Below, piece by piece: positions 9,799 to 17,601 of a stretch of DNA of 64,000 nucleotides. The notes under the pieces were generated by a model. It did no database searches. It was not told the DNA's origin and saw nothing but the letters and a program-made list of their open reading frames with translations. The first letter of the stretch is position 1; each line of letters begins with the position of its first letter. This DNA is from an uncultured Gammaproteobacteria bacterium (GTDB lineage Bacteria > Patescibacteriota > Microgenomatia > UBA10105 > UBA927), in the NCBI GenBank assembly GCA_964573695.1, contig CAZNKB010000002.1:44302-108301 (forward strand), given 5' to 3'. The position numbers and the translations under genes are program-made.

Positions 9799-10068
9799 CT
9801 ACGTACGGTAATAATGCGACTTCCAGTAATTTTTAAAAAACGGCAGCGTCAGCGTAGACAGAAAGAATCCTACCGTAGGGATGACCGCATTGATCCACGG
9901 CTTATCAACCTCAATGACGTACATATAGAGGCTTATGGACACGTACGTAAAAACCATAAGGATCACTTTCCGAAACAAGCTCGTTTCCCATGATTTGTCG
10001 AGCTCGACAGAGGCGTTTCGTTTTTCGATTGCGCCAATTCGCTGCTCCAACTCCGTTATAGAAGACAT
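9799..10068 (-). CDS. Small putative 2-TM membrane protein (89 aa)
   Basis: C-terminal part of a long track ORF, starting at ATG 10066-10068 (MSSITELEQRIGAIEKR...). Two hydrophobic helices. The upstream part of the track ORF is antisense to the DUF1801 gene. Confidence 0.4.
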   Translation of the reverse strand: MSSITELEQRIGAIEKRNASVELDKSWETSLFRKVILMVFTYVSISLYMYVIEVDKPWINAVIPTVGFFLSTLTLPFFKNYWKSHYYRT

Positions 10069-10186
10069 GATGAGATTATAACAATCGGAAAACGCGTGTA
10101 CAAACGCATGAAGGTGATCGCTGATATTTGACAACGACACACATTCACACTGTAATATTACGTACAATAGAAGAAAGGACGTACGT

Positions 10187-10618
10187 ATGAAAACCACCAG
10201 CAAAAAGATCACAGGATTTACCGACGACGAACGCGCTGCGATGAAGGAGCACATCCTGGAACTCCGGGCGGCCGCACCAGGCCAGGACGGGGAAAAAGCC
10301 GTACTTGGCAAAATCGCCCAAATGCCGGAACCGGACCGGGCTATGGCCAAACGTCTCCACACGATAATAAGAACAAATGCACCGTCACTTACGCCAAGAC
10401 TCTGGTACGGGATGCCAGCGTATGCCAACAAAGACGGCAAGGTCGTTTGTTTCTTCCAGGGAGCGAGCAAATTTAAGGCGCGGTACTCCACACTGGGATT
10501 CAATGACTCGGCGATGCTCGATGAAGGCGCCCTGTGGCCGACAGCCTTTGCGCTCAAGGAGCTAACGAGCTCCGTAGAGACCACTATCGCCAAGCTCGTG
10601 AAAAAAGCAGTGAGCTAA
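10187..10618 (+). CDS. DUF1801 (YdhG-like) family protein, 143 aa
   Basis: AAAGGA SD 9 nt upstream. Sequence resembles YdhG/DUF1801 small proteins (…[16 protein letters not shown]…[10 protein letters not shown]…). Confidence 0.55.
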   Translation: MKTTSKKITGFTDDERAAMKEHILELRAAAPGQDGEKAVLGKIAQMPEPDRAMAKRLHTIIRTNAPSLTPRLWYGMPAYANKDGKVVCFFQGASKFKARYSTLGFNDSAMLDEGALWPTAFALKELTSSVETTIAKLVKKAVS

Positions 10619-10737
10619 AAGACGAGACAGTTACACTCCTGAAGTACAACAACTTCGCACATGGGAAAAATACATAGCAATGCGCGTGATTTGGTAGAGC
10701 GTAGATACGAAATTCGTACGCTTTATAAATAAGGGTA

Positions 10738-12087
10738 TTATTCGTATCTTCGACTGTCCTCAATAATATGTTTAATTATCTCAATCTTGTCTTTTGTTAA
10801 ATCGATTGTTTCCTTCATGCTTTCCCACCACATTGCTAATGATATGGCGCTATATATTGACGTCAACGTTTCGTATGATCCAATTCGTATTCTAGATTTA
10901 TGAGATACTAGATTTCTATATTTTCTAAGTTCTTTAAGGTTCTCGTTTATTATTTTTGGGAAAATTAGGTTTGCCCCAGAACTGTTGAGGTTCGAAATGC
11001 TGATGTCTAACATAGATTTTTGGTGGTTAGTATAGTTAATTGATTCTCGGATAAGATCAAATATTTGATTATGTTCATGTGCACTTTTTATCTTTGTTTT
11101 TTTGGCTTCTTCAAGTTTTTTGTATAAATCCTCTAAATTGTATTTTTTGAATGAGTTAGTTTTTAGTATGCTGCTGGTTTCACGACCTAATAAGCTATAC
11201 AAATCTCCGAATGATGCCTCTCTTGAACAAGCCTTTCTAAATAAGGTTTCGTAAATTTGGGTGAGGTATTCTTCTGCAATAATTCCCGAGTCGGATATAG
11301 AGTATTTATATTCCCTATCGAAGTAGTTTTTGATAGATGCTTCGATTAACTTATTTAGCCTTTTATCTTCGAGAATATGCTTATGTAAATAATTTAGTAC
11401 CTTAAAATAAGGAAGAAGGATTTTGTTGTCAGGTGAAAATACTAGCTGTAGTTTGAAGTTGGTAATTTTGCCAATTTTGATTAAAAACTTTGCAAAATTT
11501 TCAAGACCTTCCTTTTCAGCCGAAAAAAATATAATTTTTTGATTTTCACTGCCAGGGATAGGGAATAGTTCTAAAAATATTACATAGCTCTCTTTAAGTT
11601 TAAAAACGCCCCCTTTTCTGCTAATGTAATCAGAAAAATTATTATAATAAAGGTTGTCTTTGAATAGTTGGAAAGCTTCTGAGTAGTTCTTTTTAATATA
11701 CTTCTTGTTGATTCTTTTTAAATTCTGTCGAGCGACAAATTCCTCAACTGGAGAAATTTTCTCTTCGTTTACATCTTTAAGAATCGAGTCTTCAGATGAT
11801 TCACAACTAATCTTTCCGTTCACAAGATATCTGAATAGGATAAAAATTGACTCAATATCCCAAAATGCTCGAGATAAATACTTTTCATTAACTGGATCAG
11901 ATTTTATACGTCCTCGTTTTTCGGTTTTTGAAAACCTCTTTAATTGTGTTGTTAAATCGTTTTGTAAGTACTCTGTTATTCCTTCTTTCTTCAAGTAAGT
12001 AATATCCAAAAACCACATTCCTTGTTTTGTTGGATATTTTAGATAATTAATTAACTTTTCTTGTTGTTCTTTATTAAGTGTATTCAT
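10738..12087 (-). CDS. Hypothetical 449-aa protein with a C-terminal HEPN-like Rx4H motif (possible Abi-type RNase toxin)
   Basis: AT-rich ORF. The C-terminal helix ...NLKELRKYRNLVSHKSRIRIG... fits the HEPN Rx4-6H consensus. The N-terminal 380 aa is unrecognised. Confidence 0.65.
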   Translation of the reverse strand: MNTLNKEQQEKLINYLKYPTKQGMWFLDITYLKKEGITEYLQNDLTTQLKRFSKTEKRGRIKSDPVNEKYLSRAFWDIESIFILFRYLVNGKISCESSEDSILKDVNEEKISPVEEFVARQNLKRINKKYIKKNYSEAFQLFKDNLYYNNFSDYISRKGGVFKLKESYVIFLELFPIPGSENQKIIFFSAEKEGLENFAKFLIKIGKITNFKLQLVFSPDNKILLPYFKVLNYLHKHILEDKRLNKLIEASIKNYFDREYKYSISDSGIIAEEYLTQIYETLFRKACSREASFGDLYSLLGRETSSILKTNSFKKYNLEDLYKKLEEAKKTKIKSAHEHNQIFDLIRESINYTNHQKSMLDISISNLNSSGANLIFPKIINENLKELRKYRNLVSHKSRIRIGSYETLTSIYSAISLAMWWESMKETIDLTKDKIEIIKHIIEDSRRYE

Positions 12088-12202
12088 ATTAACTTACAAA
12101 AAAACTGCCCGTGAGGGCAGCTCGTGTAGTATACATCAAAACAATTATTTAACAAACTAATCATGTCATGTTTGGCGTGGCAGCTCTACAGAATCTACTT
12201 AT

Positions 12203-12247
12203 GTACTCCTGCCGGATGAATAGCAGCGCTAAGAAGCGCTCCGAACC
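12203..12247. repeat. att-like direct repeat copy 1: tRNA-Glu 3'-end fragment plus extension
   Basis: GTACTCCTGCCGGATGAATAGCAGCGCTAAGAAGCGCTCCGAACC is about 90% identical to 14585-14631. Followed at 12268-12296 by a palindromic hairpin flanked by A- and T-tracts. Confidence 0.6.
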
Positions 12248-12352
12248 CGCCTTAAAGCGAGGTTCATCGTCGTGAGGTACTAAAAACCGGCACCGGGCCG
12301 GTTTTCTTAGTACAGGTGTTGGGACGAAATTGGAACGACTCTTACTAGTCTC

Positions 12353-12949
12353 TTATAACGAATTGACTAGCATTTTTAATTTTGTAATATTTCTACAATA
12401 ACTGAAATAGTTTAATTCTGTCACCCTAAATGTGTCTGAGGATATTTTTGCATTTCTATTTCTAAAATTTAATGTTAAATCGTCATTATATGAATATTGC
12501 TTCTTTACTAGAATATCAATGATTTCATGAAATTTTCTATTGCGACTATATTCTGATATTTTATCTTTTAATATCGAAAGTAAGTTACTTTGAGCTCTCA
12601 GCTTTAGGATAATTTTGTTCGCCACTAATTTTGTTAGAATTTTATCTTTTAAGAAAACCTCTTCGACACCACGATGCAATTCACTAAGATCTGACTCAAA
12701 TTTCACACAGTCAGCTATTAAAATATCCTTCTCCATGCGTTTATTATTAATTTTTTTATCAAGATAAAAGGGAATATAAATAGCTATAAAAAATGTTAGA
12801 AGGAAGCTGGCTATATCACCAACAGCTAATTTAGTATCAAAAGTTAAATAAGGGAAGTCTCTTATTACAACTCCGAGCGCAATCCCTATTAGAAGAAAAA
12901 GAAGGGTTATTAAAACTTCAGCACTAATAAATCCTGTACCACTTTTCAC
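12353..12949 (-). CDS. Membrane protein, 198 aa, with two N-terminal TM helices and a helical cytoplasmic C-domain. Third gene of the cassette.
   Basis: GTG start overlaps the stop of the upstream gene (GTGA). Hydrophobic segments ISAEVLITLLFLLIGIALGVVI and IASFLLTFFIAIYIPFYL. Confidence 0.6.
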   Translation of the reverse strand: MKSGTGFISAEVLITLLFLLIGIALGVVIRDFPYLTFDTKLAVGDIASFLLTFFIAIYIPFYLDKKINNKRMEKDILIADCVKFESDLSELHRGVEEVFLKDKILTKLVANKIILKLRAQSNLLSILKDKISEYSRNRKFHEIIDILVKKQYSYNDDLTLNFRNRNAKISSDTFRVTELNYFSYCRNITKLKMLVNSL

Positions 12950-13290
12950 TGTGTATTAGTTTCGTCAATTATGCTTAATATAGAAGTGATCAAAAGAGGC
13001 TCATCATTACTTATTAATTTAATTTTTTCTTTAATTTTATTCTTGTCTTTATACTCTTTTGTTAATCTAGTAAAAACTTCTGAGGTGAACGAGGAAGCAT
13101 AACCAAAAGTTCCATCCAAATCTAGATTTAATATCTTAAATTCATCATTCCATACCAAATCAACTTTTGGTTTAAGAACGTCTATAAAGAAAGCCTCTCC
13201 AGAATTAGGTCCATCAGACCTATATCTTGCTCCAGGGTATTTACTAAAATCAGTTGCAATTTTAACCGTAATTTCTTCAATCGAAGTCAT
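12946..13290 (-). CDS. Small STAS-like (DUF4325-type, anti-sigma-antagonist-like) protein, 114 aa
   Basis: ATG at 13288-13290 lies 1 nt after the TAA of the upstream gene. ...ILNLDLDGTFGYASSFTSEVF... parallels the SpoIIAA DLSGVxFMDSSG phospho-Ser loop and matches the DUF4325 pattern. The track ORF adds 31 spurious N-terminal residues. Confidence 0.6.
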   Translation of the reverse strand: MTSIEEITVKIATDFSKYPGARYRSDGPNSGEAFFIDVLKPKVDLVWNDEFKILNLDLDGTFGYASSFTSEVFTRLTKEYKDKNKIKEKIKLISNDEPLLITSILSIIDETNTQ

Positions 13291-13291
13291 A

Positions 13292-14365
13292 TTAAGGCAC
13301 CAACTCCCAATAGTACATTGTGCCATTAAACATAGCACCAAGGGACTCAACTGTATCAGGCATATTATACCCGATCTTAGCAATTACATCATTACTCAGC
13401 ATAGTAAAGTGTTTTATTTGTTGATCTGATTTAACCCACTTGTATATGTTATATAAACCATTTCCTCTCTCCTCCAATTTTGTTGATGATCTATTAACTC
13501 CTGAAAATATTTTAACTAATGTAGCGCGATTGTCGGTAAGATTAATGACTGACTTAAAAAATGCGCTAAGGAGATTACGCTTGTATTTTTCTTCAAGGGA
13601 GTCAAAAATCCCAATACCTAAATCTAAAAAGCAAAACTTAGTTATTTTTGTTTCAGGCTCTTTATAAGCTAATAACCACCAGTTATATATTTTAATATTT
13701 TTATCTGGACTAGCATGGTTCCAACTATTAGACATGCACTCGATCAACATTGTGTAACTCTTCTGTCTCATGGGATCAACTTCTCCGAATGTGTGGTGGA
13801 CTGCCGACTCGACAATTTTTCCTGCTAATTCCGACTCAACTTGTTCTTTTGTAATGCGATGGATAAGTTTGTCTACATACTCCTGATCGGGGTTATAGTC
13901 TTTATTTTGAGATTTTACAAAATCAAAAAATCCTGATCTTGCAAAAACCTCTCTGATTTTTGCATCTTTTGGTGAAAAACCTTGCAGTGGTGTGTTACTA
14001 GTACAACTATCATCATTTATGAAAGCACAAAGATATGTAATAGTCTCAGGACCCATCACAACGACGTCTTTTAAGTCAAAAATAACAGGTGTTTTATTGC
14101 GTAAAAGATTTTTTGCATGTTGGAAAAAATTAATAACAATAAGCGGATCATTAAGTAGAGAAAATGTAGTCGGGGCTACACAATTTTCATGATCACTTTT
14201 TTGAGGGTGATCGACAAACTTCTTTACTCTAGCCCTATTAACTTGCTTGCTTAAATTCTCATACCTCAATTTTTTCCTTAATAATTTTCGTTCTCTATTA
14301 TGGTGCGCCTTCCTGATAGGGGAACGTTTAAGAAATTCGCGAAATTTATTTCCTCTTTTTTTCAT
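13292..14365 (-). CDS. STAS-domain / GHKL (HATPase_c) ATPase fusion protein (about 357 aa from ATG 14363-14365), anti-sigma-factor-kinase-like
   Basis: STAS: VIFDLKDVVVMGPETITYLCAF ... FSPKDAKIREVFARSGFFDFV, compare SpoIIAA IVLNLEDLSFMDSSGLGVIL ... ISPAVKRLFDMSGLF. GHKL boxes: N-box ECMSNSWNHA, G1 FLDLGIGIFD, G2 RGNGLYNI. The track start (TTG at 14527) translates GC-rich palindromic att DNA, so ATG 14365 is preferred. Confidence 0.65.
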   Translation of the reverse strand: MKKRGNKFREFLKRSPIRKAHHNRERKLLRKKLRYENLSKQVNRARVKKFVDHPQKSDHENCVAPTTFSLLNDPLIVINFFQHAKNLLRNKTPVIFDLKDVVVMGPETITYLCAFINDDSCTSNTPLQGFSPKDAKIREVFARSGFFDFVKSQNKDYNPDQEYVDKLIHRITKEQVESELAGKIVESAVHHTFGEVDPMRQKSYTMLIECMSNSWNHASPDKNIKIYNWWLLAYKEPETKITKFCFLDLGIGIFDSLEEKYKRNLLSAFFKSVINLTDNRATLVKIFSGVNRSSTKLEERGNGLYNIYKWVKSDQQIKHFTMLSNDVIAKIGYNMPDTVESLGAMFNGTMYYWELVP

Positions 14366-14390
14366 ATTAGCTTTGTAATCTATCAAATGG

Positions 14391-14399
14391 ATTATATCA
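14391..14399 (-). promoter_or_regulatory. Extended -10 element (TGATATAAT) for the cassette operon
   Basis: Reverse complement of 14391-14399 is TGATATAAT, about 26 nt upstream of ATG 14365. Confidence 0.3.
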
Positions 14400-14584
14400 T
14401 CGGGACAAAATACGTTATTAAGGAGCGCCGCCTCTTGATGCGCGTCAGGGGTGAGTCCTCGAACCCGCGACAGCCCTTGACGCGCATCCGTGTTCCATAA
14501 TTGTTCTAGAGGGAGGATGCTTTCCAAGGGAAGCCCGGATTTGGTTTGAATTAGCTTTACACCTCGGAGGTGTAGGTACCAGGA

Positions 14585-14631
14585 GTACCCCCTTGCCGGA
14601 TGAATAACAGCGCAAAGAAGCGCTCCGAACC
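14585..14631. repeat. att-like direct repeat copy 2: tRNA-Glu 3'-end fragment plus extension
   Basis: GTACCCCCTTGCCGGATGAATAACAGCGCAAAGAAGCGCTCCGAACC. The first 17 nt match the 3' end of the intact tRNA-Glu at 14776-14792. Confidence 0.6.
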
Positions 14632-14658
14632 GGATTTGGTTTGACTACAAACCACTCA

Positions 14659-14693
14659 CCAGCACTAATGCTCGAAGACTCGCAAAGTGCTGG
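14659..14693. repeat. Hairpin element H1 (CCAGCACT...AGTGCTGG), paralogous to H2 at 14906-14950
   Basis: 8-bp perfect stem between the shared flanks CACTCA and ACTGCG. H2 has CCAGCAGT...ACTGCTGG, a compensatory C:G to G:C change that preserves pairing. Confidence 0.4.
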
Positions 14694-14736
14694 ACTGCGA
14701 ACCGGTAAACCGGTTCAAATCGCCAAGCGAATATTC

Positions 14737-14771
14737 ACAAAAAAATCCGGCGACATGCCGGATTCTTTTTG
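14737..14771. terminator. Hairpin terminator immediately downstream of tRNA-Glu
   Basis: AAAAAAA-TCCGGC-gacat-GCCGGA-TTCTTTTT. Bidirectional geometry. Confidence 0.5.
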
Positions 14772-14775
14772 TGAG

Positions 14776-14849
14776 TACCCCCTGCCGGATTCGAACCGGC
14801 GATTCACGGGCTGAAAACCCGTTGTCCTAGGCCGCTAGACGAAGGGGGC
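14776..14849 (-). tRNA. tRNA-Glu (anticodon TTC)
   Basis: Reverse complement GCCCCCTTCGTCTAGCGGCCTAGGACAACGGGTTTTCAGCCCGTGAATCGCCGGTTCGAATCCGGCAGGGGGTA. Cloverleaf with G1-U72 and anticodon loop UUUUCAG. Confidence 0.85.
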
Positions 14850-14905
14850 AATATTCACTTGTTAACGAATCCGGCAAGCCGGATTGCCGAGATTATTCGG
14901 CACTC

Positions 14906-14950
14906 ACCAGCAGTAAGTCTCGCTTCGCTTGCTCCACTCATCAACTGCTG
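14906..14950. repeat. Hairpin element H2 plus tRNA-Glu 5'-like fragment (GCGCCCCCTTCGTTGCCGG at 14985-15003 on the minus strand)
   Basis: See H1. An additional partial copy of the tRNA-Glu 5' end lies at about 14980-15003. Confidence 0.35.
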
Positions 14951-15122
14951 GACTGCGCCTCGATTCCGATGTTACCGGGGACCGGCAACGAAGGGGGCGC
15001 TACTACCAAGTATTGTACCAAATATCAGGGACAAAAAAAATAACGCCCGAAATCTGTACCAAACAGCACTCCGCATATTTGCGGACTACGTGTTGGCCCA
15101 AAAAGGGCGTTATACCATATCG

Positions 15123-15539
15123 TCAATTGTCCCCCCGAATAATATTCGCTGACCATTTCATGAGCATACCAAACACTGCAGATATGATGACAGGTTTGAT
15201 AAACTGCATGACGGAAAATTGTATAAACCAGGCATTCCTAGCAGTCTCAGTAACATCTGCCTGGAGCGCTACGGGAACACCGTATAATAAAATCGGCCAT
15301 AGCGCGGCGTTAACACAGACAATAATCCACGACCACACGCCGTAGTCAGCCGCCAAAATAAACGCGGCGATGACTGCGACAATCAATTGCAACAGTATGA
15401 GAAATTGATAGTCCGGTGGCTCTGCTGCTATGTTATACGCAAGTATTCCGACAGGCGGGCCGATGCTGACTATGAACAATAAAAGAAATTGATTTATCTT
15501 TTTCTTGTGTTTCTTTGGTTTCCATTTGTTGACTGGCAT
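15123..15539 (-). CDS. Hypothetical polytopic membrane protein (alternative start at 15581)
   Basis: Lys-rich N-terminus followed by 4 hydrophobic helices. Confidence 0.5.
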   Translation of the reverse strand: MPVNKWKPKKHKKKINQFLLLFIVSIGPPVGILAYNIAAEPPDYQFLILLQLIVAVIAAFILAADYGVWSWIIVCVNAALWPILLYGVPVALQADVTETARNAWFIQFSVMQFIKPVIISAVFGMLMKWSANIIRGDN

Positions 15540-15819
15540 AGGGGTATCCTCCGGTGAAAAAATTTGAATGAAGCTATCCAAAGCGATTTAGGTACTTCGC
15601 TCCAGGTAGCCTCATCCAATCCGAAGGAGGGCAAAACGACATGTCAAAGAACCACCTGCCGCACCCGCTTACCACTCCGGCGTGTCGGAGCGTGCCAATG
15701 CGATAGGTAATGTGCGATTATATCGCACCAAAGCCAAAAACTCATCTTCTCACCCATATCCGTTACCATTCCTAACCTTTCGATTTGCTTATCTTTTGGG
15801 CACCCACTAGACTACACTC

Positions 15820-17085
15820 ATGGAACGAAGCCCGGAACCCCTACCGAAACGGCGATACGAATCCCCACTTCACCTCACCTGGGAAGTCAAAGACCCGGTC
15901 AAATTTACCGAGCTTGAGGACGTCGTCACAAAGCAACATAAACTCATGACGAACCCTCCCGCCGTATTTCGGGGCGGAGGTGTATTCTCCCCGACTTCAA
16001 AGGATTTGGCGCTTCCCTATCGTCATTTTCTCGCTTCGGAGCGCCCTTTTGTCGTCATGCCGGTAACGACGGAAGCAGGCGGCAAGCTTACGGACGTCAT
16101 CCACTTCCCGACGTCTACGGAAGAATTGAGATTCGATGCCAATCTAGCGGCGTATAAGCAGCACCTCGGAGACTATGTTTCGGGTCACTGGAACAAAGAA
16201 GGTATGTCACCTATCCCGAAGACGACTGATATCACCACGCTTCCTGACGGACGCTATGTGACGACGGAGGAATACCGCGGCTATACCAAAGGCATCGGCA
16301 AAGGCCCGGGAGCTCTTGGTATCCATGAGCTGGATATCCAGCATGTTACACCCGACGATATGCGCCATATCGTACGGACACTCAGCAGCGCCACTCCTAG
16401 CTCCAGAGACTTCTACAGTTGGATAAGAGAAAACAACCGCGTATTGCCGGAGGAAAGTTTACTCAATCCCGCTAACCCCAAGACGGCACTGCGCGGACAG
16501 GAATGGTGGTCTTCGCCCGGAGCCCCGCAGGAAACGAGATCCCAGGAACTCGCCAAACAGCTCAAACCCCTGGAAAAGGATTTCCATGCGGTCGATCCGG
16601 CTATGGATCCATACCAAAAAATTGTGACCCTCATCGAGAACAATATGCAGATATTTCTTCATCAGAACGGACAGGCGGATCACCCTGAGCTCGTCGCAGA
16701 GCCGGTCGTCGTCCACGGCGCGCTCTATCCGGATAACATACAATTGTCGCGCCAGAGAGGCACCCAGGTTCCCGACGTTACGATACTTGGCGGAGATCGC
16801 GCACACATCGGCGTACGGGGAGAAATGATCGACTGGCTAGTGACTGCCGCTGCAGAATCTCCCGCGCATCAAAAGGCCATGATTGAGGAATTCATCGCTC
16901 TTCACCCTTCCGAATCAGACAGGCGTGGGCTGGCGATGCACGTGCTGTACCGCTCACTCAAAGAAGCGCCCTGGTTTGCCAAACACCGGCCCTCGGCTTA
17001 CCGAAACCTCATCCGACTCAGTTACGATATCCTGGAAGGAAATGGTATCTGGAAGGACGTCAATACCCCATACAACGCCAAATAA
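15820..17085 (+). CDS. Protein-kinase-like / aminoglycoside-phosphotransferase-fold protein (421 aa) with a non-canonical catalytic loop
   Basis: VVVHGALYPDNI aligns to the APH/CHK catalytic loop HGDLHPGN, with D replaced by A. ...GEMIDWL... aligns to the IDWE metal-binding motif. Confidence 0.55.
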   Translation: MERSPEPLPKRRYESPLHLTWEVKDPVKFTELEDVVTKQHKLMTNPPAVFRGGGVFSPTSKDLALPYRHFLASERPFVVMPVTTEAGGKLTDVIHFPTSTEELRFDANLAAYKQHLGDYVSGHWNKEGMSPIPKTTDITTLPDGRYVTTEEYRGYTKGIGKGPGALGIHELDIQHVTPDDMRHIVRTLSSATPSSRDFYSWIRENNRVLPEESLLNPANPKTALRGQEWWSSPGAPQETRSQELAKQLKPLEKDFHAVDPAMDPYQKIVTLIENNMQIFLHQNGQADHPELVAEPVVVHGALYPDNIQLSRQRGTQVPDVTILGGDRAHIGVRGEMIDWLVTAAAESPAHQKAMIEEFIALHPSESDRRGLAMHVLYRSLKEAPWFAKHRPSAYRNLIRLSYDILEGNGIWKDVNTPYNAK

Positions 17086-17119
17086 CTCTCCTTATCTTGC
17101 ACCTCACTGTGAGTTTGGA

Positions 17120-17524
17120 TTACATGCTCGTCCGCTCGAGGAACTGGACTGCGGGAGAGTGCCTCCGTATACGGTGCAGCGTATCTATAGTCACTTGCTC
17201 ATTCTTTCTGTGAGTATTGATATTGTAGACTTGCACCACCATAGCGGCGATATTCGGGATAATGCCGCGAATTGCGTCCGGCCGCGGGCCCTTCAGTTTT
17301 TCTTCTATTTCGTCAAGCATGCCGTTCCACAAATCCTCCAGCCTCACGCGTCTTCGGAGCGCCCCGTAGGTAAATCCGGTCAGACTATCCCACTCCCCCC
17401 GTGTGATTCCGTGGTTTACGTTATCCTTCGGCATAGTTTCGTCGGATATCGCAAAAATGAGCCTATCCCGCTTATCGATGTATTCCAAAGACATAATCCG
17501 TAATTGTATCATACTATAGGTCAT
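17120..17524 (-). CDS. Hypothetical protein (134 aa from ATG 17522-17524; the track start at 17581 is a TTG)
   Basis: ORF only. Confidence 0.45.
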   Translation of the reverse strand: MTYSMIQLRIMSLEYIDKRDRLIFAISDETMPKDNVNHGITRGEWDSLTGFTYGALRRRVRLEDLWNGMLDEIEEKLKGPRPDAIRGIIPNIAAMVVQVYNINTHRKNEQVTIDTLHRIRRHSPAVQFLERTSM

Positions 17525-17601
17525 AATACAACACTCCCTACGTTCTTCATGAAGCGGGATAACTATTGCTACAATAACCAAAATACCCTATAATTTCCCA
17601 A

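Larger units (their letters stand above)
10700..14631. mobile_element. Putative degraded genomic islet(s) inserted at the 3' end of tRNA-Glu. Low GC, bounded by direct repeats derived from the tRNA 3' end, no integrase.
   Basis: Sharp GC drop from about 10720 to 14430. The 45-bp direct repeats at 12203-12247 and 14585-14631 begin with the last 16-17 nt of tRNA-Glu (GTACCCCCTGCCGGAT). All four genes are AT-rich and on one strand. Confidence 0.5.

Noticed and set aside
10069-10593. N-terminal two-thirds of the 264-aa minus-strand ORF
   Set aside because: Antisense to the SD-preceded DUF1801 gene. Low-complexity Ala/Ser/Arg-rich translation. Only the 3' 89-codon part beyond the DUF1801 gene was kept.
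14367-14527. N-terminal 54 codons of the track ORF for the STAS-GHKL gene (TTG start)
   Set aside because: GC-rich, overlaps the palindromic att-like DNA, and begins with TTG. An ATG with an extended -10 upstream lies at the composition boundary.
10700-14631. Integrase, recombinase or transposase within the island
   Set aside because: None of the four island ORFs has tyrosine or serine recombinase or DDE motifs, so the element is called degraded or non-autonomous.
14530-14775. Possible tmRNA, RNase P RNA or a second tRNA in the repeat field below tRNA-Glu
   Set aside because: Contains T-loop-like GGTTCAAATC and tRNA-end fragments, but no consistent cloverleaf, no tmRNA tag reading frame, and no RNase P P4/CR motifs. 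Interpreted as integration scars.
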